Below are positions 50,516 to 63,281 of a stretch of DNA of 64,000 bases, one piece after another. The notes under the pieces are model-generated. The model saw only the letters and a program-made list of their open reading frames with translations, had not been told where the DNA came from and made no database searches. Every line of letters starts with the position of its first letter. Within the stretch, counting starts at the first letter, position 1. Position numbers and translations under genes: made by a program. This stretch comes from Takakia lepidozioides (taxonomy: Eukaryota; Plantae; Bryophyta): the NCBI GenBank assembly GCA_030704615.1, contig CM060731.1, forward strand, positions 72,230,001 to 72,294,000, given 5' to 3'.

Positions 50516-51910
50516 ATTTTTATTTATTTTTTGGTAAAAGCAATGAGAGGTGGGGACACCGCCGTGTGACCACAAGTTTGCAGGAGAACAAGAAGACTAG
50601 AGGAACAAGACTTAGAAGATCAAGTTGTCAATTTAAAGACTACCCTGCTTTCTTTTAGATTGCTCAAAAGACCATTGAGCCTTGGACTTCCCTTTACGGA
50701 AGCTGCGTAGGTGGCACCAGTTTACTTCAGATTCATCACCAGCTATGGGGGCGTGCCTAGAGCTAAGTGAACTCCCGGCACGACCAGAGGGAGTTGTTCC
50801 ATTGAACTCGTAAGTGTGTAAGTCTCTTGCAGATAACATTTCCAACAGTTGTTGTCTTCTCTTGTCCCGACATCTGCATAGAGTTGGACAAAGCACACGC
50901 CAAGCTTTTTTTGGCCTCAGACCTGAGGTCTGGTCTGAGTAAACCCTGTGACGCACCTTTGTAACTGATGAAGGTGTACATATTCTCATAAAGCAACGAA
51001 CATGTTTGCTTCCAAATCTGCCAGAGGACACGTCCTCTCAATGAAATCAGACGCCAAATAGAACCTTCATGAGTATTCAACAGAAGGATCGAAGCAGCAA
51101 AAAATCCTGTCGCCAAGTAGCATAGATCCTAGAAGCATGAAACCATCTCAAGCTTGCAAAAGGAAGCAGAAGAAAGCAATGCTCAATAGTTCAGTGTGCC
51201 AGTTGCAAGTAGAGCAGTTAAAACCATTGTCAGCGAAGAAGGCTCCAACAAGAAAGATGCGGTTAGCAAGTTTCCAGAGAAACGCCGAGATTTTGGCTGA
51301 TCTGTGTTTCTTCCATATAAAATAGATTTCCAAGAGGAGGGGGAGGCCTACAGGTGTGGGCCCATTCGGCACACCATTTACGTCCATGGAAACAGGAGCA
51401 TAAGAAGAGAATAACTAACTTCAATTTTATAGGCAAAAATGGGTCATACTGGACATCCAGATCCATTCACAGGGGTCCAACTGAAGTATTCTAAAGAAGG
51501 CCGAAAGAAACCAGCTGAAATTACCAGCATAGGATTGCAAATCATCGGGAGGCATAGGGTTGCAACCTGTAATATTGCAGAAAACTCTAATAAAGTAAAG
51601 ATTATCAAAGATAGGGACTGAATGACGAGTGGGAGAACCCAAGCCAATAGGGAAAGTGCGAGCAACGGGTGAAGCCAAAAGAGGGGTCCATGAAGGGATA
51701 AGGTTTCCGGAGACCATTTCCCATCCCTTGGAGCAGAGAACCCAGGGGCACATACTCAGGGATAATGCCATTGTATGCCTCGTTCCAGATATGAGTATTG
51801 CGAGAGAATCCTGCCGCTTCCCGGAAAGACCATGGAAGGGCTTAGCTGGGAAAGATGTGGACGGAGGTGCAACTTGGATCCATTCAACCTCCTGCCTACG
51901 GCACAAATGA
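50516..51910 (-). mobile_element. Degenerate L1/Tx1-like LINE 3' fragment (zf-RVT region)
   Basis: SAKISAFLWKLANRIFLVG..CSTC (zf-RVT-like), VLWQIWKQ, and an A-rich tail on the - strand near 50516-50532. Confidence 0.7.
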
Positions 51911-51924
51911 TCTTATTCACCTAG

Positions 51925-54900
51925 CACACACATATCCATTTTGGTTGACATCAACTAAAGCTAGACGGACATAGGGTCTTTCTGCGTTAATAGGGTCTAC
52001 ATGGTGTGTAAATATAATTTTAACATATAGAAGGAGCTTTGCAAGGGAGAAACCTAAAAATACAAAAAGAAACCCCAATTTCGCTGACGAAACTCAAGTT
52101 CGGTTGCGAAACCCAATTTTCGGGTGGTTATTGGGGATGTTGTAAACATGTGTTTGTAAAAAATCATATATTGGGTTTTTAATGCCACATTGTTTAAGCT
52201 TGCTGACCTTTGAGTTCTGGCAGAAATACTTGTGGTTGTGCTCAAGTGAGTTCAACTTTAAACAATCAGTTTTGTAGGTTTATTTGTGGTGAGGACGGTT
52301 TTCATGATAATTTTGTATTTTTTTGGCGTGAGCGCCATTTGGTTTTGCTATGGTATGTTCTTAGGAATATACAAAATATGCCTATCTCCTCACGTAAGCA
52401 AGCTCACGCCAACGTGAGCACCTCCAACACTACATCTTCTTCTTCTTGGTTTGCCTCTAAAACGACATAATCTGCCTCAAAAATCCTGAGGTTGGATAGC
52501 GTATGAACAAGCTCAAGCTAGTGGGCATGAGCACAAAGGTATATTTCAAATATTCCAAAAAATTTTGGAGAATATGCATTTGCAGAACCAAAATGCGCTT
52601 ACGTGGTAAGAAATACGAAACTATCTGAAAATTGTGCTCACGCGAAAAAATTCATGGAATTAATCGTCCAAAGTTTAACTTGCATGAGCACAAAGACCCA
52701 CAAATATATCTGCCAGAACTCAAAGATCAGCACACATAAACAATGTGTCATTTGGTAACATTGTGTATAGAACATCCCCACCACCCAAAAACATAGGTTT
52801 TGCACGTGAAATGCAAACGGTTTAGGAGCGAAACTTGGATTTGTCGACGAAATTGGAGTTCGGTTTTGGTTTTGGTTTTTTTTTAAAGGTTTCTGCCTTT
52901 CAAGCTCGTTCTATACGTTTAAGAGTATATTTAGACACCATGGATACCCTATTCACGCAAAAAGACATACATATCATATCGCTGACATACATATCACTCC
53001 TATAACCGTAGATCCTGCTCATGCGGCGATTTTTTTTGTGCTCATGCTGTCCTCACACGACCAACCCCCAAAAATCCTTGGTGTATACTTAAAACCCATA
53101 CCCGACCCGCTTCATTTCACTGACCTAGGTAGGGAGTATAGCCAGTTTTGGAATCACTAGGTGGATCCGAGTTCATTGTTGAAATGAACTACGAGTCCGG
53201 GTCCAGGTATTTGAGGGATTGGTATGGAGTGAGCAAAGCGTGAGCACAAAAGAATTACCGCATAAGCAAGATCCACGGTTATACGGGTGATATGTAAATA
53301 CATATAATAGACGAACATAGGGTTTTTTTGCGTCAATATGGCTCTATGGTGTCTAAATATAATCTTAAACATATGATAGAATGAGCTTGAAAGGAAGAAA
53401 CCTTTTAATTTCGCAGACGAAAAGAAGTTTCGTTTTAAAAAATCCAAGTTTCGTTGCCGAAACCCAAGTTTCCCTGGCAAAAACCTTTGCATTTCACTAC
53501 GAAACCCATTTTTGGGGTGGTTCTTGGGGATGTTCTAAACACAATGTACCAAATGCCACATTGTTTACGTTTTCTGACAGAAATATTTATGAGTCTTTGT
53601 GCTTATGTGGGTTGAGCTTTGGACGATTAATTTCATGCATTTTTTTGCATGGTTTTTAGATAGTTTCATATTTCTTACTGCGTGAGCGCATTTGATTTCG
53701 CCACGCATATTTTCCAGAACCTTTTGGAATATTCGAAATATGCTTTTGTGTTCACGCCCGCTGGCGTGAGCCTACTTGCACGCTACCCAACCTTGGGTAT
53801 TTGGTGATGTTGTAGGTTCGGGTCCGGGAGATCAGCGCACGTAAACAATGTGTTAAGAACCACCCAAAAAAAGGTTTTGCCAGCGAAACTAGGATTTCGT
53901 CAGCGAAATTTGGGGTTTGGTTTTGGTTTTTGTTTTGCTTTTAAGGTTTCTCCTTTTCAAGCTCCTTCTATATGTTTAACATCTTATTTAAACACCATGG
54001 AGACCCTACTAACGCAGAAAGACCATATGTCCGTCTATTATATGTATTTCTGTTGACATACATATCACCCCTATAATCGTGGATCGTGCTCACGTGACGA
54101 TTCTTTTGTGCTCACGCTATGCTCACGCTGTACCAACCCCCCTTATTTGTTCATCTTTTTGTGGCAACTCCACAAAACTGTATTGTTCGTTCCCGTGGCA
54201 ATTCAAATCGGATGTCAAGTGTGGGTTCTTTAGTTTGGCATGCCTGGGTTTACCTTCGATGAGGTCCTAATGAGGTAACTAGGTAGAATGTGTTTCGCAA
54301 TTGTAAGAGAGATGTTGAGGCCTTCATTAAAATTAAAAGATGGGCCTTATGGGAGGCGGCGGACCTATCTCATATGATGAACTAAGTTATAACTGGCAGG
54401 ATTTCATTTCTGCTGCGTCTATGGCGTTGGGCTTCTTAGTCCGTTGCGTTGCTGTAAGCAGGATGTGGTTACCGTGAATATGTCTCTTTTTGGAACATGC
54501 TGCTTTCACAACCCAATCTTTTAAAATGAAATGCCCAAGTTGGTTGTGTTTCGGAATGCGATCCTCTTTGCCCACTATGTAGTGGTGCAACATAGAGATG
54601 TTTTTCACGGTTGCTGCTTTGAAGGGGGATTGGTATGGCGTGAGCACAACGTGAGCACCAAAAATACGTCGCATTGGCAGGATCCACGGTTATGGGGTGA
54701 TATGTATGCCAGTGGAAATACATATAATGGACGGACATTGGGTCTTTCTGCGTTAATAGGGTCTAAATGATGTCTAAATATTATTTTAAACATATAGAAG
54801 GAGCTTGGATGGGATAAACCTAACATTTAATCTTTAAAAAAAACCCAATTTCGCCCAAGATGCGTTTGCGTTTCGCTGGCGAAATCCATTTTTTTGGGTG

Positions 54901-55130
54901 GTTCTTGGGGATGTTCTACACACATTGTTTACTTTCGCTGACCTTTGAGTTCTGGCAGATATATTTGTGGGCCTTTGTGCTCACGTGACTTAGGCTTTGG
55001 ACTTAATTTCGTAAGTTTTTTCGCGTGAGTACGGTTTTCAGATAGTTTCGTATTTTTTTTTTCGCATGAACACATTTTGGTTTCGCTATCGCATGATTCT
55101 TGGGGAATATGTGGAATATGCCTCTGTGCT
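51925..55130. repeat. Cluster of five copies of a ~500-600 bp MITE-like family in alternating orientation
   Basis: Copies at about 51925-52430(+), 52487-53072(-), 53212-53800(+), 53830-54142(-, partial) and 54622-55130(+). Shared blocks: gacggacatagggtctttctgcgttaatagggtct, gctgacctttgagttctggcaga, and repeated GCGTGAGC(AC). Both ends resemble GGTTGG(G)TA..GCGT (imperfect TIR). Confidence 0.88.
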
Positions 55131-55149
55131 GTATTTTGCTCCGTTATCA

Positions 55150-56210
55150 GCTGTATAAATCCACTGCCTCCAGACGAGTTGTCTGATTATGCAAGTAATC
55201 TCAACTAGTGCTTATCCGCCCCTTTAAGAGACTTGCAATTCGACCGAGGCGAGTGGATTTGGATGTCCCCAGGACAACCCTTGTTTTGCCTACATAGTCA
55301 AAATGGGCTACAACCTCCTCATGCCACAACGATGGAGTCATTTGTGATTCCATCGCAAATGGACTACTTGGCTGGACGTCCCATTTTTGGGGGTCATGTT
55401 TGGTCTAATATATGGAAAACTCATAGCTCCACAAGGTCTTTGTCTCCTGTGGAAACTAATAAACAAAATCTTACATGTGGGGTCTTTCTTCCGAAAACGA
55501 CCCCTTCCAGCCGATTGAGATTATTGAACACTGCTTTTCAATGCCATATTTCTAAACTGGTTTGGACTTTCGCTGCAAGATTCTACTCTGCGTGGAGCGC
55601 AAATTTTAATTTCAATGAATCTGTTCTTCTGCTAAATATAAAAGAGGGATTAATTTGACACTCATGCCCTGTCTGGGAAACCCTTCGTGGAGACCGTCTT
55701 TGGCACATTTGGAAGTCTGGATGCGCTTCTGTCTTTGACGGCACGATACCTAATCTTCAAAGAATATTGTTCCGGGTTCACTCAGACACGATGTCTGAGA
55801 CTCGTGAAGCATGGCGGTTTGTATGTGCAGCATTATGCAGATACCTGGGTAGGACTAGACGTACACACCTGCTCACCGCCTTCAACTCTCCACGTGGACA
55901 ATGCAACGTCATCTCCTACATAACTTCTAGCTCGAGAGTGCAACGGCACGACTTGTCGACATGCTGGGAGCTTAGGCGCTCCCCTATTGACAGAGCGGAA
56001 TCTGCAATTGCAGGCATCGCACAAGCTTCCGCAAGGGAAAATCTCAAGCGGGGTTGTTCTCATCTCTTCCCTACTACTATGTTACGGGACGGAGGACCAG
56101 GACAATCCTCCGTCCCGTGTCCCCTTTAATTTTTATTTTTTTAACGATGGCTATACAGGGTTATTTTTTCCTCAACTTCCCCCACCCTTTTATTTCCCCT
56201 TGTGTTTTTC
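55150..56210 (+). mobile_element. Degenerate L1/Tx1-like LINE 3' fragment, same family as 50516-51910
   Basis: GEWIWMSPGQPLFCL vs CEWIWMSSMTHFCL; WKLINKILHVG vs WKLANRIFLVG; SVLLLNIKEG..LWHIWKS vs SILLLNTHEG..LWQIWKQ. Confidence 0.7.
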
Positions 56211-56295
56211 TCCAAAGACGGTCTTGCATGCTCATGACACATGGTGCCATGGTCCATGGGATGCAAGTACAAGAAAAGTGATTCTGAGTTGTGAC

Positions 56296-57213
56296 TAGTG
56301 TTGGGCGGTTACCTGCCGGGACCCAGGTTAACCGCCGCTTCAGATTCAGGTTAACCGGAACCGGACCGGAAGTGGGCCATTCCTCCATAACCTGACCCGG
56401 AACCGGAACTTGCCAATGGGAATCGGCGCAGAACCGAACCGGCTGTTCCTGCTGGGTGTGAGAACCGGAGAACTAGGGCGCACGGGGCTAAAAAGAGGTT
56501 CCGGTTCTTGAACCCTTGGTGGGCCTTGGCATAACATGGCATCACACTGGATAGCTGGTGGGCATAGTCGAGGCAGAGGACCATCCGGGAGAATATAGTC
56601 ACTGCAACTCTTGTAAGGTGATTCAAACTCGTCAAGTGGGCAAAACTTCTTCGATGTTCTCAAGCTCCCGAGATCCTGGGTTCAATGCTTGAAGGCCATG
56701 AGATTCTATGTTCAATGCTTCAGCGCCATGAGATCTTGGGTTCAATCTCCAGCTCCATGATGTCCTAAGTTCATTAATAAAATGTTTGAAGATGCCAATA
56801 CTTGCCTGGTAGCTGAATAGTACTTTCAACCCATAAAATTTTACCCATTTTCTTCTACCAGTTTATTTAGAATATTTTTGTTTGTATTTTTGTGTTAGTG
56901 AAAACTAACAAAGTCGCTGGATTTTAGTTCAAATATGTGAATACACTGCTATTTAATCTACCGGACTGATAAAATATTTTAAATCTAATTAAATTAAACA
57001 AATATATTTTTAAAATAGAACCGGAATCTAACCGGAACCAATGGTTTTTATCAGCAACTAACCGGTAACCGGAACCGCCCCCATGTTTAAAAGTTGGATC
57101 CGGAACGGGCTCAATAAAAAAAAATCGGAACAGGATCCGGAACCATCTCTTGAAATAATTGTGGAACCGGAACCGAAGGTTCCTTCACAAATGCAAGAAC
57201 AGCCCAACGACCC
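56296..57213. mobile_element. Non-autonomous hAT-like/MITE element
   Basis: Begins TAGTGTTGGGCGGTT and ends AACAGCCCAAC (imperfect TIR). Dense AACCGG(AACCG) subterminal repeats at both ends, an AT-rich core, and an internal 3x30-bp repeat at 56670-56760. No TSD resolved. Confidence 0.6.
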
Positions 57214-57620
57214 TTGGGTGGGAGCATGCAACGTCCAAGTTGGCGAAGGCAGCCACGTTCTGCCCTAGTCCCTCTCCCCTCGCTCTCTACAGACAGCTGC
57301 TGCAGCAGCTCACGCTGCAGCCACAGACAGTACGTTTATGGCAATGCCAGAAACTAAATATTATGCTTTATTCTTTGTCACCACAGCCCTAAGCAAAGGT
57401 TTGAGGGATTGCAGAGTCGAATCACAGAAAGGCAGTTAAGGGACGAGAAGTGGTGGCGGAGAAGTATCAAATTTAGGCAATAAGAGGTGAACTTGTTCTG
57501 TAGTCATTGAATTTATGTTTGTTGTTTGTCACAGACTCGGTGCTGCTGTGAAACAGTATTGTTCTTTCTGTATCTTCATTGGCCGTGCTGAAAGTAGTTT
57601 AGGGTGTGTAGCTGTCTGGA

Positions 57621-60600
57621 ATGGCGTCGCAGGGAAAGAGAAAGAGGGACTTGGAGTCCAATGGTATTGCGAATGGGGATTCACGGCCGTCAGAAAGCAG
57701 AGATGCCAAGAAGGCAGCAACTCAAGAGGTGGACCTCGCATTGCTGGAAGCTCTCGAGAATTCTAGTGAAGGTGTTGAAGTGCTTGATGTGCGGGGACTC
57801 AAAAAGATAGTCCTGGCTTTTGAGAGAAAACTGCGGGACAACCTTGAGGCACGTATGAAGTATGCGGAACAGCCTGACAGATTTATGGAGTCGGAAGTGG
57901 ATTTGGATGAGGAAGTGAAGAAAATGCATGCATTGGCTGCCAACCCAGATCTCTACCCCGAACTTATTAGGTTGAATGCAGTGCCTTCTATCATTGGCTT
58001 GTTGAGCCATGATAACAATGATATCGCCATCGGTGTTGTCAACCTCCTGAATGATCTCACAGATGAGGATGTCATCGGGGAGAGTGATGAGCCAGCTTCG
58101 GTTTTGGTGGAGGCTTTAATTGATAACAATGCCTTGGAGCTTCTGGTGCAAAATCTATCGCGAATGGACGAGTCTGAGACTGATGAAGCCGCCGCTGTCT
58201 TCAATACTCTTGCAATAGTTGAAAACATGATAGAAGTGATGCCAGCAGTGGCTGAGCTCGTCTGTGAAAGGACCAAGTTGCTGAAATGGCTTCTGAACAG
58301 GATAAAAGTACGGGAATTCGACAGCAATAAGCTATATGCAAGTGAAATTCTCGCCATTCTGCTACAAAATAGCTCGTTGAATCAAAAGCGCCTGGGACAA
58401 CTCAATGGCGTGGACACTATCCTTCAGTCCGTTGCCTTCTACAAGTCAAGGGATCCGAAGACAAGTGAAGAAGAAGAGATGCTTGAGAATCTCTTTGATT
58501 GCTTGTGTAGTGTTGTGATGCCGGTTGAAAACAAGGATCGATTTGTTAAGGCTGAGGGAGTGGAGCTTATGATCATCATCATGAAGCACAAGAGGCTGGC
58601 CTATACGTCTGCAATGAAGGCTTTGGACTTTGCAACGACTCGGTGGTCTGCGGCCTGTGAACGATTTGTTGATGTTTTAGGGTTGAAAACACTTTTTGCG
58701 GCCTTTATGGGAAAGGTGATTCCCTTCATGCTCCTCAGTTGCATGAGTGAAATTGGTTACCAATCTGTCTTATTTGCTGCCCAGGTTTTTTTTCTTAAGC
58801 TAACCCAAAATTTGCAGACATTACTTGGAGGTTTCCTGTCTCACAGCCTTCAATTTATGATGACATCAGTGGGAGGTGTCTTCTCCTTCTATTCAACTGG
58901 AAAAAAGAAAGAGAGGAGGGTTAAGGACTGTTGGGGTCAACTAATATACTTAAACCCCCCTCGTTCTCTATTGACTGCATGACGTCTAGTTATATTGTAC
59001 TGTTCAGATGACGTCTGATGAGCCAGTTGGCTCTGGTTTGGGTGTTCAGGTCCCAGTAAAATCAAAGAGTCGGGTTGGCAGGTCTCAGGAGGACGTAGAG
59101 GAGCGCGTTATCTCCTTGATCGCCTCTTTATTTGGTAAGGACTGCTTCCTTCTCGCATGCTGCCACTGGCACTCTTGGATTCCCCACTCTTGGGTTCAGG
59201 AGTGCATGAATGTCCCACCTTGCCAAGAGAAGAAGTGGGCAATTTAAGAAAAGAGAGACACTCAGGGGGCCCAGGTGTGGGGCAGGGGAAGAGTTGTATC
59301 ACTATGAGTTTTGGACTTACGTATCTCATTGATTTGGGCATGGCTTTGGTAGGTGGTTTATCGCGGGGGTCTAGAAGAGAGCGCCTTCTGAACAAGTTTG
59401 CAGAGATTGAGTTTGAAAAGATCGATCGACTGATGGAGCTGTATGTGAGGTATGTGTCATAAAAACTACCACATAGTTCCTGGAGCCATGCCAGGGATTT
59501 GGTTACCTTCCAGGTAGCTGAATGCTAGCTGCTGACCCATCCCACACAATGGGAAAGTTATACACGTAGAGTGTTTCTACCTTTTCTGGAGGTTTGAGCT
59601 CCTACAAGCTACATCGATATAATCAGGGCCTCGGTCTTATGAAATGACCCAATGGCTTCCTGTGTAAGATTATAACGCTATCTCACATTGTGAATGGCAG
59701 ATACTCAGATCGTGTGAAAGCAGAATCAAAGCGCCTTGATGGACAGCAGTTTGAGGGTGTGGAGGTTGGGTCTTTCCTTTTTTTGAATCCTGTTTTGTTT
59801 CCTTTCGCTTCATGGATGGTGTTCTAGTCGTCAATCATCTGCCAGGCAGACTTTTCCTTGAGCTTTACTTGTGACCCAGTGCATGATCATGAATTTTATT
59901 GCTTAGGTTAAAGTGCATGGACACGTCCAGTTCTGCAAAGCTAATTAAGCTGGAAGGAAATGCCCATACACAGCTTGTAATATTTGGAAATAAGAAATCC
60001 GTAGGTTAGTCCCTTGTCCGCAAAATCAACAGCAATAAGTATTCACTTGTTTGGTAATTTTTCTTTTTCTTTTTGTTTGTGGATGCAGATGGATGAGGAA
60101 GAGAAGTATTTAGCTAAAATGGAAGCAGGCCTGTATACCCTGCAGGTAAGCCCTTCTTCTCTGCATGTGTCTTGCCACTCACCTGTAATCAGCAGCGAAG
60201 TGATATCTCTATTCATATTAGGAGCAAGGTGATCATGTTAGTACCCATGCTTCATCCATGAGTGGGTTTGGTCAGGGCGCAGGACCATAGTCTGATGCCC
60301 TTGGTTCAGTTTGTCCTTTGAAATTCAATGTGCTTAATTGCTTCTCATGGTAAGGTGTATTAAGTCTTGCAATCGTTTTACTGCGCAGCTAAAGGAGCAT
60401 TTTTTAGAAATGTATGCTAGTAATGTGCTTTAGTTGTTAAAAATGAAGCCCTGGGAAAGTATTCAACCGGAGTTACAGTTTCGGTACTTGTAGGTGATTC
60501 TCAAATTTTTGCTAAGTGTGGGAGGTTCTGTACTGTGCAACGTAACTTGTAGTGTGTTAAGAGATGGTGGAATGCTGCCATGGGACAACCTTGCCGTTTT

Positions 60601-61757
60601 CTATGTCATGATAGACTTCATGTGTCTGACATTTTGGTCTGTCTTTGCAGCTGCTTGCTCTGATCATAGCACACATTTGGTCTGCAGAGTATGTACTTCT
60701 TCACCAGATTGTACCAAGGCTTGTAGTACTTTCTCTTATTCATGTTCTCCAGATGAGAACTTCAACTTTACAGCAATCCAGTAAATCAAATGCTTCCAAA
60801 GAGATGTTAGGGATTCTTTATTTGTTCTTCCCATGTCTTCGTTGTGTGCCGGTCAGCTTGGTACGAGAATGATTGACCCTCTCTGTCTGTGTCAACCACA
60901 GGCACGCTGAAATGCGCGAAAGACTAGGGTTGCTTTTGAAGCAGCGTCGGCTATCTTGGGAGGATGTGAAAGCTGTGCTCCAGGTCTGATTACAATCTTC
61001 TCTACTAGGAGCTCCAGCTTTTGTTCCTCTGTGATATGTTCAGCTATGACTACAGTGACGCTCCTACATCACTACGGTAATTTCTACAAAGGAAGGTTTT
61101 CTGGCTAAATGGTGCCGTGTTGAGTAGATGCCGAGGCCCATAAGTATCTCACTTTTGTTGTTATATCTTTTCTTGCTGTGGGTAGAGACCGTCCTCTTGC
61201 AGGTCGGATCACCCTGTAGACTGACCACCCCTGTACCCATTTAGTACGAAATAATTTACCTGGTGGCTCCCATTGCAGCTGGCTTGACTTCATGGGGCCA
61301 CCCAAGTCAGGCCACATACCCCAAACACTTGACCATCTGTTGGAAGCTCCCAGACCCATTTTGAGGTACACTGAGCTTCTGCTGCTGGACAGGTGATGAT
61401 CGGCATGTTAAGTGTGGATGGACGCCTGATTCTGGTCATCTGCTTGGAAACCACTTTTTGCATGAAGTGGGTGAAAGATTCTGTTTTGTGTTCATTAGGA
61501 AGCATGTTTGGTAACATGCTCATAGCCCACCCAAGCGGAATATTTCATGATTCTGATTGGCCATTGTGTTGAAACTGTTTAAGCACAGTAACAAAACTCC
61601 ATAACTCCAGTGGCTGTTGGGAATTTGATTGGAGCTTACAGCCAGGCCAGGTGGTTGGTTGGTTCAGGAGTACCATGACTACATAGGGGACATGGACGGA
61701 CCTGAGGAAAGAGACAAACAACGGAGTAAGATAGCAAAGCTCATAAGCTCGATGTGA
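57621..61757 (+). CDS. CTNNBL1: Beta-catenin-like protein 1 (PRP19/NTC spliceosome-associated), about 8 exons
   Basis: LAFERKLRDNLEARMKY..PDRFMESEVDL..LLSHDNNDIA..NKLYASEILAILLQ..EEEMLENLFDCLC..EGVELM..FAAFMGK. Later exons give EERVISLIASLF, EFEKIDRLMELY and LAKMEAGLYTLQ; the terminal exon 61668-61757 reads EYHDYIGDMDGPEE..ISSM*. Confidence 0.93.
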
Positions 61758-62296
61758 GTTATTGAGACCATAATTGAGTCCAGTATGCGATCTGCAGGAA
61801 GTACATGCCAAGTGAGTTCAGGACCAGGCAAGCCTAGTTTCACACCAAAGACCACAGCCGAAACAGCTGACCCTAGATCAGTGTCCATTGAGAGTAGAGC
61901 CCCCCCTGTCTCTGTCTTTCACTTTCTTTTCCCCAAATGGATATGTGAGGGAGCTTATGGCCTGTCTTTTCTCTCCATTAATCTGCCCAACAATATGAAG
62001 AGTAGGTCTTTCAGTGGCTATGAAAGAGAGGATACCTGCCCAATCCTCAAGTTGGAAACAGCAGAACAAGAATTCGATTGTTTGTCTACATGCGAGTGGT
62101 GTTAGTCTTGCGTTGTGCTGTGCCACTCAGCTGTATCATCTCAATTTTATCAATGTCTCCAAAGAGAACATCACATGGCCCACAAGTCCGTAGGTATGCT
62201 CATAAAGGTCTGCAAAAGTGTACCAGGTAAATTATTCCGTGCTTCTGGGCTAAACTTCGGGATTCACCACAGGAGCATTCTCCTGAAACATAAACC

Positions 62297-62394
62297 TGCG
62301 GTCATACCTATGCTACAGCCATCCCATAAGTTAAGCACCTTTGGGCCAGGATGGTACTGGGATGGGCGGCCTCCTGGAACTGCACCCTCTTTTC
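62297..62394 (+). pseudogene. Degenerate 5S rRNA-derived sequence (pseudogene or 5S-SINE head)
   Basis: TGCGGTCATACC..ATCCCAT..AGTTAAGCACCTTTGGGCCAGGATGGTACTGGGATGGGCGGCCTCCTGGAA..TGCACCC followed by T-runs. This matches the plant 5S 5' end, box A and box C, with internal deletions. Confidence 0.75.
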
Positions 62395-63281
62395 AGACCC
62401 TCCACTACGACTGTTGCACCGGCTTCCTTTTTTTTAGGCCTTCTTTCATATGCATCAGATGCGGCCAGCATAGCCATGGACCCCTTTGGGGGTTAGCAAT
62501 TTGAATCGGGTAATAACAGAGAGAGTGGAATAACTCGCATAGGGTAGAAGAGCCTTTTTGAGTAGAAACTCCTCCCCGTCCACCTGGTTATATGCCTCCA
62601 GTGTTGGTGGTTATGGAAAGATCAAATCCTGTGGACATGGATACTTCTCTGAATGCAGTTACGCCCACTGTCTGGGCCCCTTTCTGGGCCCCTTTCTTCA
62701 AAAAAATCAAAAGAAAACAAAAATAGGTAAGCCAAAAATTCTTGGAAGTAAGTTATCATGGAAACGTCTCCCAAATGGAAAGAACAGATTCCAGAGCATA
62801 ATTGAGTCAAGCATATTCAAGCAAAAATAGCAGCTGGGACCTCCTTGTACATGACTCAGATGGGGAAGAGGTGAGGCATGAACAATTTTGCTGGCTATTC
62901 ACATTTTGCCATGCAATAGATCTTGCTAAAAGCAAATAGCTAACAGCAACTATGGCAAGACTGCCTAACTTTGGTACCATGTTTGATCTCATACTTGGAT
63001 CACACACATTGGGGCCAAGGCAGGCCCATGAGCAAATCGAGAAAGACAAAAGTGTGCGCAACTCCAAGTTATAGACAGTCAATTTGCATAGCCTCATTCA
63101 TTAGAGATCCAAGGGTGCTAGAGCAAATTGAATGGAATGTTGCCACTCAAAGCCACGTGGTCTGTTAGGGTTTAACCTAGACCTCAATATGCATTATATT
63201 GAATTCACATATTGTTATGATCAGTACCTAAAACAAGTATTGTTTCCTAAACAAGAAAAATGTTGCGCATTTGTTCCTTAG

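Noticed and set aside
62530-63200. Short ORFs downstream of CTNNBL1
   Set aside because: No recognisable motifs or consistent exon structure.
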